Notes: a model not told the origin generated them from the letters alone. A stretch of 64,000 nucleotides of DNA from the human T2T-CHM13v2.0 reference genome, Homo sapiens (GCF_009914755.1 NC_060936.1); one strand, 5' to 3'. Shown: positions 14,451 through 29,270, counted from the stretch's first letter. Program-made: numbers and translations.

Positions 14451-15755
14451 TAGGGTGTACATTTTGCAAGATACCAGGGCAGACCCTCGCTAGTTAATCT
14501 GAGTGCTATAACCTGACTTCGAGGCAAAGGCTTTAGATTTACACTCAGGGATGCGGCTGCTTTGAAACCCAAACCTCCGTCTTCCAGGTCTCCTGATCAA
14601 GCACCCGAGGGAGCTAATCCAGGAGACGGCAGGGCCCTGAAGAAGTCATTCCCTAGTTTACTTTCTTCCTGGGCTGGAGAAGAACAGTTGCGGCCTGACC
14701 TGAAACCCTGTCTCCCCAGGGCTTTGCTCAAGAGGCTCCGGAGAAGTGGCCTCTGTCCTGCCAAGTTATGGAATGCCACCTTATTGTGGAATGGTCCCAT
14801 GCAGAACACACACCACCCCACGGAAACACCCACTCCAGGTGGGGGCCAGAAATCCGTTGTCTTCAGTGACTTCCTAACCCAGGCCAGTGGGTACAGTTCC
14901 AGTTTCCAGCTAGCCAAGTCCATTTTCACCCCCGAACCTCCTGCTGAGCTTTTCTCCTGCATGTCACCACCCACAGATTCAAGATCAAGACCCTAACTTG
15001 CCTCTCAGACTCCGGGAGGACAGACAGAAGGCGGAAAGTCATGTCTCCTGAATTCAGCTTTTCCATGGGCTTAGATTCCCAGTGATCACCTTGGCGGCTT
15101 CACCTGGCTTTCCCAGCCTCCTTATTCTTTTTCATCTTCAAAGGATGGTGAAGCTATTGGGCCCAACCGCTGAGGATTCAACAAGGGAGATTGTGAACGC
15201 TCCAAGAACAGCAGGTTCCACACTGAAACTCAGTAGCCACTTTGAACCAAACTGTGTGTGTTTTCAGAAGTATTTCTTCTTGCTGAAGACCCGAGGGACT
15301 GGGCTTTTTGAGGGTCATTTCTCCAGTGGATTTAGCCTGCCTGGGAAAAGTTTTAGACAAGCAGCAGGGGACAGGGGAAAATAGAATCCTGGAAGATGGC
15401 TCCTGTTCTGTGATTGCATTTTAAAAATCTCCAAATAAATTCTCCGCTGTGGAAAGGTGGACATCTGTTCAATTCTGCACTTAACAAATAATAAGAATTT
15501 GGAAGGGGTGGATTTTGTTATGGATTCAGAATTGAAATTTCATGCTTTAATTATTTTTAAAATTTTAATCATTTTTTATTAAAACATAACTTACACATAA
15601 TAAAATGTACCGGTTTGATGTGTACAGTTGAATGAGTTATGACAAATGTATATACACCCAGCTAACCACCACCACAATCAAGATTCCAAATATCGCAATC
15701 TCCCCAATCAGTAGGTATTATTTCCAGCCAGCTCCCCACCCATCCCCAGCCTTGA

Positions 15756-16115
<360 letters not shown>

Positions 16116-16156
16116 TAGAGCTTCATAGAAATCATACATGTGTAAAACATGCACTC

Positions 16157-16459
16157 TTTTTTTCTTTTTTTTTGAGACAGGGTCTTGCTCTGTTGCCCAG
16201 GCTGGAGTGCAGTGGCATGATCATGGCTCACTGCAGCCTTGATCTTCTGGGAGTTGACCTCCCACCTCAGCCTCCCAGGTAGCTGGGACCATGGGTGTGT
16301 GCCACCATACCTGCATACCTGGCTAATTTTTTTTTTTTTTTGAAGAGATGGGGTCTCACTGTGTTACTTAGACTGTCTCAAACTCCTGGGCTCAAGTAAT
16401 CCTCCCGCCTCTGCCTCCCAAAGTGCTGGGATTATAGGTGTGAGCCACCGTGCTGGGCT
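16157..16459 (-). mobile_element. AluJ
   Basis: Reverse Alu; TSD CATGCACTCTTTTT. Confidence 0.93.
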
Positions 16460-17262
16460 CATGCACTCTTTTTTCGTCTGGCTCCTTTCACTCAGCATAA
16501 TTATTCTGAGATTTAACTACATGATTGTGTGTGTTAATTGTTTTTTTGGGTTGCTGAGTACTATTCCATTGTATGGACATGCCGTAATTAGTTTGTTTAT
16601 CCATCCACCTGTCGATGAACATTTGGGTTGTCTCCAGTTTTAGGCAATTACGAATAAAATTGCTGTCAACATTTGTGTACAGGTCTTTGTGTGGATTTGT
16701 AAGTCTTCACGTCTCTACATAAATACCCAGACCTGGAATTGCTGGGTTGTATGGTAGGTATACACTCAACTTCACAAGAAACTGTTCAACCATTGTCCAA
16801 GGTAGCTGTCTGAGCATGTATGAGAATTCACAAAGTTTTTTGTTTTGCTTTGTAAAAATTTTAAATAGCTCTATTGAGGAGTAGTTGACAAACCACAGAA
16901 TTCATCCATTTTAAGTGTAGTTTTACAAAGTGAATTTTAGAAAATTTATACAACTGTGCAACCATCACCGCAATCCAGTTTTCAAAATTTTAATTACCCC
17001 AGAAAGTTCCTTCATGATTTTGCAGTCAATCCCCACTTCCTACCCCAGGCAAAAAAGAGCCATTGATTGGCCAGCTTTCTCTATCTATAGTTTTGCCTTT
17101 TCCAGAAGTTCCATGTAAGTGGAGCCATATAACATGTAGTCTTAGATGTCTGATTTCTTCCCCTTAGCATGTTTTTGAGGCTTGCCTATGTTATTGTTGT
17201 GTGTATCAATAGTTTGTTCCTTTTCACTGCTGCATAGTATTCCATTGTACGAAAAGATCACA

Positions 17263-17641
17263 TGATATGGTTTGGGTCTATGTCCCTGCCCAAATCTCAT
17301 ATCAAATTGTAATTTCCAGTATTAGAGGTGGGGCCTGGTGGGAAGTCATTGGATCATGGGGGCAGATTTCCCCTTTGGTGCTGTTTTTATGATAGTGAGT
17401 TACTGCAAGATCTGGTTGTTTAAAAGTGTGTAGCACCCAGCCCCGCTCTTCTTCCTGCTGCTCTGGCCATTTAGGTGCCTGCTTCCCCCTCACCTTCCTC
17501 TATGATTGTAAATTTCCTGAGGACCCCCCAGCCAAGCTTCCTGTTCAGTCTGCAGAACTGTGAGCCAATGAAATCCCTTTTCTTTACAAATTACCCAGTC
17601 TCAGGTATTTCTTTATAGAAGTGCGAGAATGGACTAACACA
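17263..17641 (+). mobile_element. MSTA/MSTB MaLR solo LTR
   Basis: TGATATGGTTTGG...CAAATCTCAT...TTACCCAGTCTCAGGTATTTCTTTATAG...GACTAACACA. Confidence 0.9.
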
Positions 17642-17754
17642 TTATATTTTGTTTATCTGGTCACCAGTTGATGGACATTTGGTTTATTTCCAGCACAAGG
17701 CTATTGGCTCAACTACCAGTAATGACCCAAAGAAATTAATGTATTTATTACTCA

Positions 17755-17863
17755 GGCTGGGCGCAGTGGTTCACACCTGTAATCTCAGCACTTTGGGAGG
17801 CTGAGGAGGGCAACTCACTTGAGGCCAGGAGTTCGAGACTAGCCTGGCCAACATGGTGAAACT
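17755..17863 (+). mobile_element. Alu left monomer, 3'-truncated
   Basis: GGCTGGGCGCAGTGGTTCACACCTGTAATC...AACATGGTGAAAC then an abrupt break. Confidence 0.88.
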
Positions 17864-18273
17864 CGAGCGGAGGCTGCTGTAGTCTCGAGTTTGATGAAGT
17901 TTGTATGTTTGATAAAGTTTTGTTTCTATGAATGTGCCAAAAAGGAAAACAACTTAAAATGTACAGCAGTAGGTGATGGGTTAGGTAAGTGATAACAGAT
18001 ATCTTCCTAAGGGACTGATACCATCTGCTCTTTAAAGGTTATGGTGAAAAACAATAATTATAAGGGAAAATATACCCAATACTGTCAGAAAGATTCAATA
18101 TTACGTGCAAGTTGTCTATCAAAAGTAATCTTTGTTCATATAAACTATTATAAAAGTACTTCCATCTTAATGAATAATTTCAAAATAAATACCAAAGAAT
18201 CACCTTCCAACATCTGATAATGAATTATCTAATAATGAATAAACAAAGACAGACAATTCTACTGGCACACTGA

Positions 18274-18605
<332 letters not shown>

Positions 18606-18989
18606 TTAAAGACGAGTTAAAAATGATATTTGAAAATAAAAATAAGATTTGTTTTTACTGAGAAGAAAAATCTTTACTCACTCCATTCATTACATGCTAC
18701 AATAAAGAAGAAAGAAATCTTTGGAAATAAAATCTCTTCTAAGATCTACCTCTCATTAAAAGACTGTAAATTTTTTAAAAACTGGAGTGGCGCACATCAA
18801 CATTTTAACCATGAAGGTCTCTGAAACATAATTCTGCGTTAACATTTTCTTCTTTGTCCCCTTCTGTATTTTTTCAATGTATTATTTCCATGTACACTTT
18901 TATAATCAGAGAAAAACCAATAGCGATTTTTTCCCATTTTTAAAAGAGTGAAAGAACCTGTAAAATAATAAAACCAAACTTTAAAAACA

Positions 18990-19335
18990 ATGTATGAAAG
19001 CTTTTAGCTCAAACAAGTGTTTTTCTTCAAAGTACTGACCTTGGAGTGTATTACACTTATTCTAGCAATGACCCAGCTATTAATATCATTTTATAAATTC
19101 CTTTTCAAGGCAGCTTGTAAATTACACATGGAAATCAATCTTACTGAGCTATACCTGCTTTAATAATGACATCATTAACAAGATAAATTACCACGTTTAT
19201 TCACCACACTGAGCTCAGAATTACTTTAGGCTGTTTACAAAAACCTGGTCCACCTTCAAAAAGGTTGAAGATTTGTCAGAATTGCAGATTTTTCACAAGA
19301 ATGTAGAATGGGTTTTGAACATCGTTCCAAAAAAC
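18990..19335. mobile_element. MARNA-like ancient mariner fragment
   Basis: TTTTCTTCAAAGTACTGACCTTGG...ACACTTATTC and TTATTCACCACACTGAGCTCAGAATTACTTTAGGCTGTTT match recalled MARNA. Confidence 0.6.
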
Positions 19336-19676
19336 GGTGGGCGCCAAACGTTTGTTTCTTCTCTTTCTCTTACGCCTCGACCTCTTTACCGTCTGTGGAG
19401 AACAGAGCTTTGTAAGAAAATGTCAACATATCCACCAGCCTCCTTTTCCAAAAGTAACATGTTTTTTAAATTAAGGTTTCACTGCAAAGTGGAAATCTCT
19501 TCCCACAGTTCGAAAGTTCTAGGGAGCCTTCTTTCTGTGCATCAAACTCTCCAGAGTCTGCCATATAAAACCACAAATGACCTGCTTAGGTGGGGCATGA
19601 ACAAGAGACTGCAACCAGAGGTGCGGATACTTAGAAATGGACCTCCTTTCCTGCACGTTCATGCACACACGTGCAT

Positions 19677-19677
<1 letters not shown>

Positions 19678-19747
<70 letters not shown>
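19678..19747. repeat. Perfect (CA)35 microsatellite
   Basis: Directly visible, uninterrupted 70 bp. Confidence 0.97.
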
Positions 19748-19749
<2 letters not shown>

Positions 19750-20432
19750 GATGCAGGGACCAGGCCAGCTACTTGGGTTCCTGGATTGGAGGAAATGGGT
19801 CTCTCATCTTTGGGCCACTTGGTTTGGCATCCAGTAAATCATGTCTTCATTTCTGTCCCAAAGGAGGAATTATCAACAAGTTTTGACCTGTCCAGGTGAT
19901 AAAAAATTCAGATTGTCCCTTAGTACCAAAACCTTAACTACCCAGGGTTTATAAAATATTAAAAAAACCACTGAGAGAAGGTAAGATGTCAAGTAAAAGA
20001 GAAGTAAAATAGTCCTATTTTCTTTTCCTTGGAGTTTTGTTTTATTTTGACTTATTTTATAAGTCAAAATTTTAATATATATATTTTATATATATGTGTG
20101 TGTATAAAACAATATAACAAAAACATTAATAAAGCAATAATAATCTGGTCATCCAGTATACAGCTAATTTTATTTTTTGACATTTTCTTTCACTTATTAT
20201 AAAATAAATGTGTACATAAAATGTACTGGTACGTTTTAGCTCGGGCTATCAAACATTTTCCCATTTCTGCCTGGCCCTCGTGATGACCCTAATGACCCTG
20301 TAATATTTCGTTGTGTTGCTGTGTCATGAATTATGAAACCATGCAGCTTGTTTTCAAGTATTTACTTTTATAGAGAAGGTTGCCCTGAATATTGGTATAC
20401 ATATATATTTTGCTTCTGTGAAAATAAATTGA

Positions 20433-21007
<575 letters not shown>

Positions 21008-24000
21008 GGGGCCTAATTCCTGCTTGTATGGTATAGGTTTGTCAAAACTATAAGTTCTATGTATTCAACTTTTTGTTAATTTCCTTTACTCATGGACTTG
21101 CAGATCTTTAATATACTCTGCCTTTATTAACTTGTCCCTAATAGAATACTAGTTTCTATTCTGTTCATTTTGTACTATTGTTAGTTTATAGTTCATGAAT
21201 GCCTTATCTTTAGTCCATTACTAACTATAACTTTGTAATCATAATCAATTTATATCCTGATGAATATTTTGTTTTTCAAACTACATTATTAATCTATTTC
21301 TTGTTATATGAATTTGAAAATTATTTGTCGTATTTTTAGCCTTTCTATACAAATTTCTCTTGTAAAAGTCTACTTGGAGACCCGATGCCTCTTTATAGCT
21401 GAATTTGGACTATTTATATTTATTGTTATAATGGTTTTGCTTTCCTTGTTGGCTACTTGATTTTGTTTTCTCTTAGCTAGGCTTCTTCATTGTCCCTTTC
21501 TTAGGATGATTTTAATGTGTAAGGTATGTTCTGTTTTCAGTGATATAATAGTATATTTAGTGGCAAATACCTGCTTTTTAGTATCACCCATGAGAAGTGG
21601 ACTTTCCTTTAAGTTATCACCTTTCCGCACTACTGGTTTAGGATTTGGCTTTTTGAGTCTGCTAAGTCAGTTACTACTCATCCATCCATCTCTCAGCTTC
21701 CAAAATTTTCTTGCAATTCTCTCTTCTTCTTCTTCTTCATGTCCCCTTGAAGGTTTAAGCTTTTAAAATACCAAAACAAAAAAAAAAACTGCCCTTTTTT
21801 GTAGTTTTGCTAAAATTTTGAGAAGGAACATTAGATGTATATGTCCAATCAACCATCCTGACCCAAAAGTGCCCCATCCTAATTTACATTATTTATTTTT
21901 GTCTAAAATATTCTGGTTTTCATAGATACTTTTCCAACATGGGAAGGGTTTTAAAAACTCTTTCTCCTTTTCTTTAGTCCTTGCAGCTCTTTTTTATAAA
22001 CATTTTTAACACCTCTGTTAAAGCAAACTTGCAGTTCTCAACAAAGTGTTTTCCACTGATGTCTGCTAAAATGGTACTTAGGAGGTAAAGTATGTAAGAA
22101 TATCCTTCTGATGCAATTACATTTAATAACAATATCAGTGTGGGCCACTTTCTTAGCTACCACCAGTTCTTTAATGTTTTTGAAAATTAACTTCCAGTCT
22201 TGGCCACAGCAGCCTAAGAGTCCCCAGAAGTAGCCAGTTTTAGGCATATTTGAAAGGAATCTGTCTTTTCTACTTGGGAGGTTGAGGAACTTTCACCTTC
22301 TTTCTCATTCTTCTCATTTCTGTTAACTTCTTCCTCAATCTTTCTTTGTGCTTTCAGGATCTTCTGTTTTATTGACTGTCTGTATCTTTGGTCCCATGTG
22401 TTGACTGCTTTCTGCAATGATTCAAAACTTTTTATTTTGGGAATTCTACCCTAGCCTGGTCCTTGTCCCACTGTGTCATGTCCCTGTTGATTGCAGTAGT
22501 GGGAAGTCTGTGCTCTGGGGCTAAATTAGGTAAGACACATAAGACATTTAGAACAGTGCCTGGAACATAGGAGACGCTCCTGGAAGGACTGTAGTTGTTT
22601 CCAAAAACTATTGGGTCATCGTGGAGGATTGCTAATTCATGAGTAGGGCTGACTTCTGTGCATTTTCTGGGTCCTTTTCTTTTTTCTTTTTCTATAGAAC
22701 TTTTCATTAGGGTCAGCTTTCCCCCCTCATGAGATCAGATTTCCTTGCAATTATTTTCTGATCCCACAAGGCCAGTTCCACTAGTGCCTGCGTTGAATTC
22801 TTCCACATACTCATCTGATGGAAAGGGGTGGGTTTGGGGCTGAGGAGGGTTTATGGGGATGTTGAATTACCAGATCTAAGCCCACTCTGTCAACCTGAGA
22901 TCTGGAAAGCTGACCACTCGAGACAACTAGAGATCCCTTCTCCTCTCTTCTTTAATGTTTTTGCTGTTGAAGTTTCAGCACCTGAGAAGGGTTTTAGCAC
23001 AGAGAGGATTAAGAACTGGATAATCCTGGATTTGAAAGTAGAATGGTGAGCCAGCCTGAAATAATGCCCCCATTTCCATCTTGCCTAATTCCCCTTCTTG
23101 TGTCAACCTTTGCCAGAGAGACCCCATCCCCAGAACTGAGGTTGGGAATCTGGACATTGAGCATTGAGACCTGTTCTAATCCTGTCACAACTTGATTCTG
23201 GCTTTTGGAACATGAATCCCATGTCACAAAGGAAGCTATGACATAGGCACAGAGCTACAAGATAGTGTGATATCTTTGGTGCCACTCTGATGGGCAGGTT
23301 GTTCCAGCAAAGCATGACAGTGTGAAGATGCTGTGAAGTTGGCTCGGACAGCCGGGTGGAAGCCAGGACTTCCAGAATTCCAACTGGCCCCAGGGGAAGA
23401 ACTGGGTTTGGGGGAGATGTTGATTTGCATGTGATTTGCACAAGACTGAAACTCTGCAAGTGACGGTGGCACCAACGAGGTCTTTCTCACCTCGGTATCG
23501 CTGGCACTTACGTGCTGGGGGCTCAATACACGTTCCTGGAAGGAACAGAGGGAAGGAGGAGCTTTTCATTTCTCTGCTATCTTGACTTTCTCAACACTTC
23601 AACGCGTTGATCTCATTCGATTCTTACAAGTGGAGGGAGAAAGGATGGTTTGTCATCACCCTTACTTTATGGATAAGGAAACCAAGATAGCATGGCTTGG
23701 CAATTTATCCAGAGAAGCAAAATGACCGACAACAACGCACGGTGAAACGCAGTGTTGGGAATCGCAGATGGAAGCCGAGCATTTCCTCTACCTGTGGGAC
23801 CTGCACTTTTCCTAATGCTCTTTCCCATGTGTTCTCTGCAGGCCCTCAGGCAAATCCTGTGGAGGAGAAAGGGCAAAGTCATCCCAGTGTCTCGTTTTTG
23901 AGGGAACTTGTGGCTGCCATGTGGACAGTACCAGGGGATATGTCTCAGCAGCCGGCCGGGAACTCTTGGCTGCAGACGGTTGCACAGCTCGTTATCTTGA

Positions 24001-24534
24001 TGCCAAAACAAGAACCAAGGACCCTTTTCCACTAGGAGAACTCTCGGCAAGCAGGACTTGAGACGAGCGGAGTCCAGCTCCCCTGGAGGTCCAGTAACAA
24101 GTCAGGCTTCTGTGGGGAGCAAGGCAGTGGCAGGGAAGGAGGGGGAGTAAATGGAATCATTGGAGAAAGCACATTCAGAAAGCCATGGCCCATGGGTTTT
24201 TAGGATGTGGGATCACAGGGTGTGGGGTTTGTCAGAAGCCTGGCTCCCTCTCCTCCTCCCCTTGGGGTGGTCTCTGGAGAGTGGGGGATGCCATGACACC
24301 AGCATTAGTGGCTCTGGGCTCCGTGAGGCGTGAGTTCTGGGATTCTCGGGGATGGTTTATGGGATGGTCACGGAGCACGGTGCTTTGAGGCTGGCTCTGC
24401 GTCCCTGACTAGTTAACTCCGGCCCACACAGGCCACGTGGTGTTTAATGGGGAGGGACGGAGACGCAGCAGCAGGGCTGGGGCCTCCGGTGTGGACCCCC
24501 CGCAGGCAGGGAGGTCCCTGGAGGAATTCGTCTT

Positions 24535-24804
24535 TAATGTCTGGCTTAACCAAAGATGGCTGGATTCTCAACTCTGCTTCCGCATTCAATCCCTTGTAAG
24601 AATTTTTTTTTTTTCTGTCAAAGTATGAAAAATTGCAGATGCAGCCACCCACTCATAAGTAGCTGGAAGAAGCCGCAGGGTTCGAATAATCTTTTCGGAA
24701 AACTGTGGATGCACCACGTAGCCTCTGGAAACTCCACCGTACACTCGTGAGAGAATGAGAGCCAGAAAGACAATTCCTTTAGTATTAATATAAAAATAGA
24801 TTTG
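24535..24804 (-). repeat. Inverted partial copy of the Charlie2 segment at 25422-25681
   Basis: 24740-24804 is an exact 65-bp reverse complement of 25422-25486; similarity continues over ~270 bp. Confidence 0.95.
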
Positions 24805-25369
24805 TAAAATATTACCTATTTTTTAATATTATCATTATATTATATATTTTTGTATGTTATCAAGGGTTGAATCTGTCCCATGAGATGTGTGTGACCCGTA
24901 TCCTTAGCGGGCTTTCTTGAGGGCTTCTCTGCCTTAGAGGAGGGAATTGAGGGTGCCCAGAGGCAGAGGCCCTGTATGGAGCCAGCTCATGAAATCGGGG
25001 AGCTGGAGGCTGCCGCGTCGACAGCACCCAGGATGTGTCTCAGCCAGGCCCACAGCTCCTGGCTGCGCTGCCACACGTGAGCAGAAAGTCGCACGGCTCA
25101 TGGCCTTGGTGCCAAAATGAGAACTGAGCACTTTTTCCAGCAGGGCTGCTGGGAGCTGCCTGGGAGCTCTGGCACTGGAGGAGCAGACCTCTCCTTGTTT
25201 GTGAAGCTCTCAGCCACGGCCCTCCAGCCAGCGCTCTGCCACGGCAGGAGCGGGAGAAAGCCTTCACCTTGGCCAAAACCAGCGCGGTTTCCTTCCCTTG
25301 GTTTACTTTGGTCCATGTCAGAGAGTCTTTATTTCTTTTCTTTCAAACTTTCTCTTCCTTCCTCGTTGG

Positions 25370-25935
25370 CAGTGATTCTCAAAGTATGGTCAAGGAACCC
25401 CTGAGGGAACCCCTTCCAGATCAAATCTATTTTTATATTAATACTAAAGGAATTGTCTTTCTGGCTCTCATTCTCTCACGAGTGTATGGTGGAGTTTTCC
25501 AGAGGCTACATGGTGCATGCACAGATCTGAAAAGATTGTTCAAATCCTGCTTCTTCCTCCAGCTACTTATCAGTGGGTGGCTGGATTTTTTTCACACTTG
25601 GACCAAATAAAACATCTTACAAGGGATTCAATGCAGAAGCAGAGGTGAGAATCCAGCCATCTTTGGCTAAGCCAGACATTAGAGAAGTGTACAAAAGGTA
25701 AAACCATGCCACTCTTCTTTCCCCTCAGTCTTTTATTTTGGAAAGCACAGTTATTTGTCCTGAAAAAAAAAATGTGTTATTTATGTCAACATGTACTAGA
25801 TACATAATTGTTATTTTAAAATATATAATTTTTTAAAAAATCCTGTTTTAATTTCAAATACAATAAATATCAACAGATAAAGTGTATATAAAAGTAAAAG
25901 CTCTTTGAGAATCCTCAGTTAAGTTTTAAGAAGAG
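25370..25935 (+). mobile_element. Charlie2 (hAT) internally deleted element
   Basis: CAGTGATTCTCAAAGTATGGTC terminus; AATGCAGAAGCAGA..TGAGAATCCAGC...AAGCCAGACATTA; AAAAGCTCTTTGAGAATCCTCA. Confidence 0.8.
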
Positions 25936-25942
25936 GGCTTGT

Positions 25943-26398
25943 GTATTAGTTTCCCAGAGCGTCTGTAACCAATTGTCACAAATTTAGTGGCTTAAAATAA
26001 CAGAGATTTATTCTCTCGCAGTCCTGGAGGCCCAAAGTCCAAAATCAGTACCACTGGGCCAAAATCAAGGTGTCAGCAGGGTGCTGCTTCTTCCAAGGGC
26101 TCTAGAGGAAGGTCTTCCAGGCTCTGGGGGCTGCTGGCTTATTGGCTTGTGGCTGCATCACTCCAGTCTCTGCCTCCGTCCTCACACAGCCCTCTCCTCT
26201 TCTCCATCTTAAGTCTCCCTTTCTCTTATAAGGACACGTCATTGGATTTAGTGCTCACCTGAAAAACCCAGAATAATCTCATCTGGGATCCCTAATTACA
26301 TCTGTAAATGCCTTTTTTCCAAATAAGATCCCATTCACAGATTCCAGGGATATGGATGTAGACACAACTTCTGAGGGACCACTGTGTAGCCCACCACA
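25943..26398 (-). mobile_element. MLT1B solo LTR
   Basis: TGTATTAGTTTCCCAGAGC...GGCTTAAAATAACAGAGATTTATTCTCTCGCAG...CCCACCACA. Confidence 0.88.
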
Positions 26399-26979
26399 TC
26401 CTGCAACCAACCAACCTGAGAACTGCGGCTCCATGCCCTTCCTCCAATCATCAGCATCCCACTCCCCAGTTTGCTTTTTAAAGAGATAATCAGGGATAAA
26501 GATCACATCCGGTGAAAATTCAACTGCCATCTAGTTTAGATTTTCCCCATGCCCCTGTGATAGCAACGAGACCCTCTGCCATCCACTATCGCCCTGGCTT
26601 TCTTAGGATTTTTCTGGAAATATTCTGCCTTATCCTGTCTCTTCTTAGGCTGAAGTGGGTGACAGGCCCCCAGGCTGCCTTCCCCTTGGGAGCCTGGTTG
26701 GGTCACATTGTCTCCTCTACTAAAGAAAAAAGAAATTACAACCCAGAATTTCCCTGGATATCAGACAACTCTGTCCAAATGTAGTTAGGATGACTTAAAT
26801 GAAAGAGGGTCAGGAACATATGGAATAAATTCTTTTAAAAATAAACATAGGTTTTAAGAAGAGTGAATGGGAAAGAGATTCCAGACAATGAGTCTTAGGT
26901 TTTTGCTAAGACCCAAAATGTCAATCAGGATTAGACCAAAGTATCAGCTGACTCCTTCCTCCCTGGTCCATGGGGGTAG

Positions 26980-27130
26980 TTGTTAACAGCTCGAATTCCA
27001 GCGGCGGCCTTCTTGGGTTCAAGTTTCATTGCTATCCTTTGCCAGCTATGTGAGCTGGAGAAAATAACTAAGCCTCTCTGTGTGTCAATTTCCTCACTTA
27101 TATTGTGGGAAAATGGATATTAGCTACCTT
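26980..27130 (+). mobile_element. MIR
   Basis: GCTATGTGAGCTGGAGAAAATAACTAAGCCTCTCTGTGTGTCAATTTCCTCA. Confidence 0.7.
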
Positions 27131-27535
27131 GCATCAGTCAGGCTATGCTGCATTATGCTGCAGTAACAAACGGCCCTAAAATCTTTGTTCATGAAACAAA
27201 GGATTGTTTTTCACTCTCACCCCATGTCCTTTGCAGGGAGGCAGGGAGTTTTGCTCCCCTTCATCCTCACTTCAGTACTAATGGAGCAGCTTTAATCTAG
27301 AAGATGGCCAGCCTCCTGACAGAGGGCAAAGATGATGAGACAAAGCACATCCTGTCTTGTAAAGCTTTCAAGTTCAAGTGAAACACATCACTTATGCACA
27401 CATTTCATTGGCCAAAATATGTCACATGGTTACACCTAAGTTCAACAGGGTTGGATGGCATCATTCTTCCATGGAGGAGGGGAAGTAGGGTGACGGGGAT
27501 GGCATACATTGGTGAACAGTGATACGCTCTTCCAC
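27130..27535 (-). mobile_element. Old MLT1 (I/J-like) LTR
   Basis: TTATGCTGCAGTAACAAAC...CACATTTCATTGGCCAAAATATGTCACATGG. Confidence 0.7.
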
Positions 27536-27901
27536 TGACCCTATAAGCTGTTGTAGGGATCACTGAGGATGGTGCCTGGCATGTCGTTCTTACTAAATAT
27601 TATTACACTCAAATAATAACATACACCTGTCCCCTCCTCCCCAGTCACTTGGCCTCCATCACCATCCAGTGTCCTATCTGAAGAAGATTTTTCTTCCTGT
27701 AACAAGAAAGATGAGAAGGGTAAAAACACAGTCCTTTTGCTGAGTCAGATGTGTTCCTACAGCTGCGGCAGTAAAATGGGACTCTTCCCAGATCTTCCTT
27801 TTGTTGTTGTCTAGTTTTAGTCTTCTTCTTTTCATTGTTTTTAAAATAATGAAGGTGAGGAGGTAGGTATTTATCCCCCTTTCCATATTTCCATATAATG
27901 C

Positions 27902-28450
<549 letters not shown>

Positions 28451-28464
28451 TCATATAATGAATT

Positions 28465-28497
28465 TTCTTTCTTTCTTTCTTTCTTTCTTTCTTTTTT

Positions 28498-28532
<35 letters not shown>

Positions 28533-28640
28533 CTTTCTTCTTTCTTTCTTTTTCTTTCTTTCTCTCTTTTTCTTTCTTCTTTTCCTCTCCTCTCCTCTCC
28601 CCTCCCCTTCCCTCCCCTCCCCTCTCCTCCCCTTCCTTTC
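28465..28640. repeat. (TTTC)n/(CCCCT)n polypyrimidine tract (expanded Alu tail)
   Basis: Directly visible; all-pyrimidine run of ~175 bp. Confidence 0.95.
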
Positions 28641-28919
28641 TGACAAAGTCTTGCACTGTCACCTGGGCTGCAGTGCAATGGTGCAATCTCGGTTCACGGT
28701 AACCTCCATCTCCGGATTCAAGTGATTCTCCTGCCTCAGCCTCCTGAGTAGCTGGGATTACAGGTGCCTGCCACCATGCCCGGCTATTTTTTTTGTATTT
28801 TTAGTAGAGATGGGGTTTCACTATGTTGGCCAGGCTGGTCTCGAACTCCTGATCCTGTGATCTGCCCACCTCGGCCTCCCAAAGTGTTGGGATTACAGGC
28901 GTGAGCCACCGCGCCAGCC
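28641..28919 (-). mobile_element. AluS
   Basis: Reverse Alu body ending GTGAGCCACCGCGCCAGCC. Confidence 0.93.
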
Positions 28920-28949
28920 TATAATGCATTTCTTAAAAACAGACTCTCC

Positions 28950-29062
28950 ATCACTTATTTGGTACCCAGTACCCAGCATGGTGTCTGGTGTACAGTAGCT
29001 GCTTGTTTAGGGTTCGTGGAATGAACAGATGCATGAATGGATGGATGGATGAATGAATGATT
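28950..29062 (+). mobile_element. L2 3' end with (TGGA/TGAA)n tail
   Basis: CCCAGTACCCAGCATGGTGTCTGGTGTACAGTAG...GAATGAATGA. Confidence 0.7.
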
Positions 29063-29064
29063 CT

Positions 29065-29270
29065 TAGGAGAGTGCTGATAGATGTTGAATAACTGGGTCT
29101 CTTGGGTGGAGGGAACCTTGGTTTGTAGAATTTGCCAATTCCCGTACTGTAAATCCTCTTAGTGTGACTGATCTTGAGCTACCAATGAGATGTCAGTTTA
29201 CATGGCATTGGGAAGAGGTGTGCGGGTCACCTCCCATGGCTGTATGAGTCAGTGTGAGCACACTACCTAT
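29065..29270. mobile_element. MER63A-like hAT-Blackjack element
   Basis: TTTGTAGAATTTGCCAATTCCCGTACTGTAAAT...GCTACCAA...TTGGGAAGAGGTGTGC. Confidence 0.65.
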
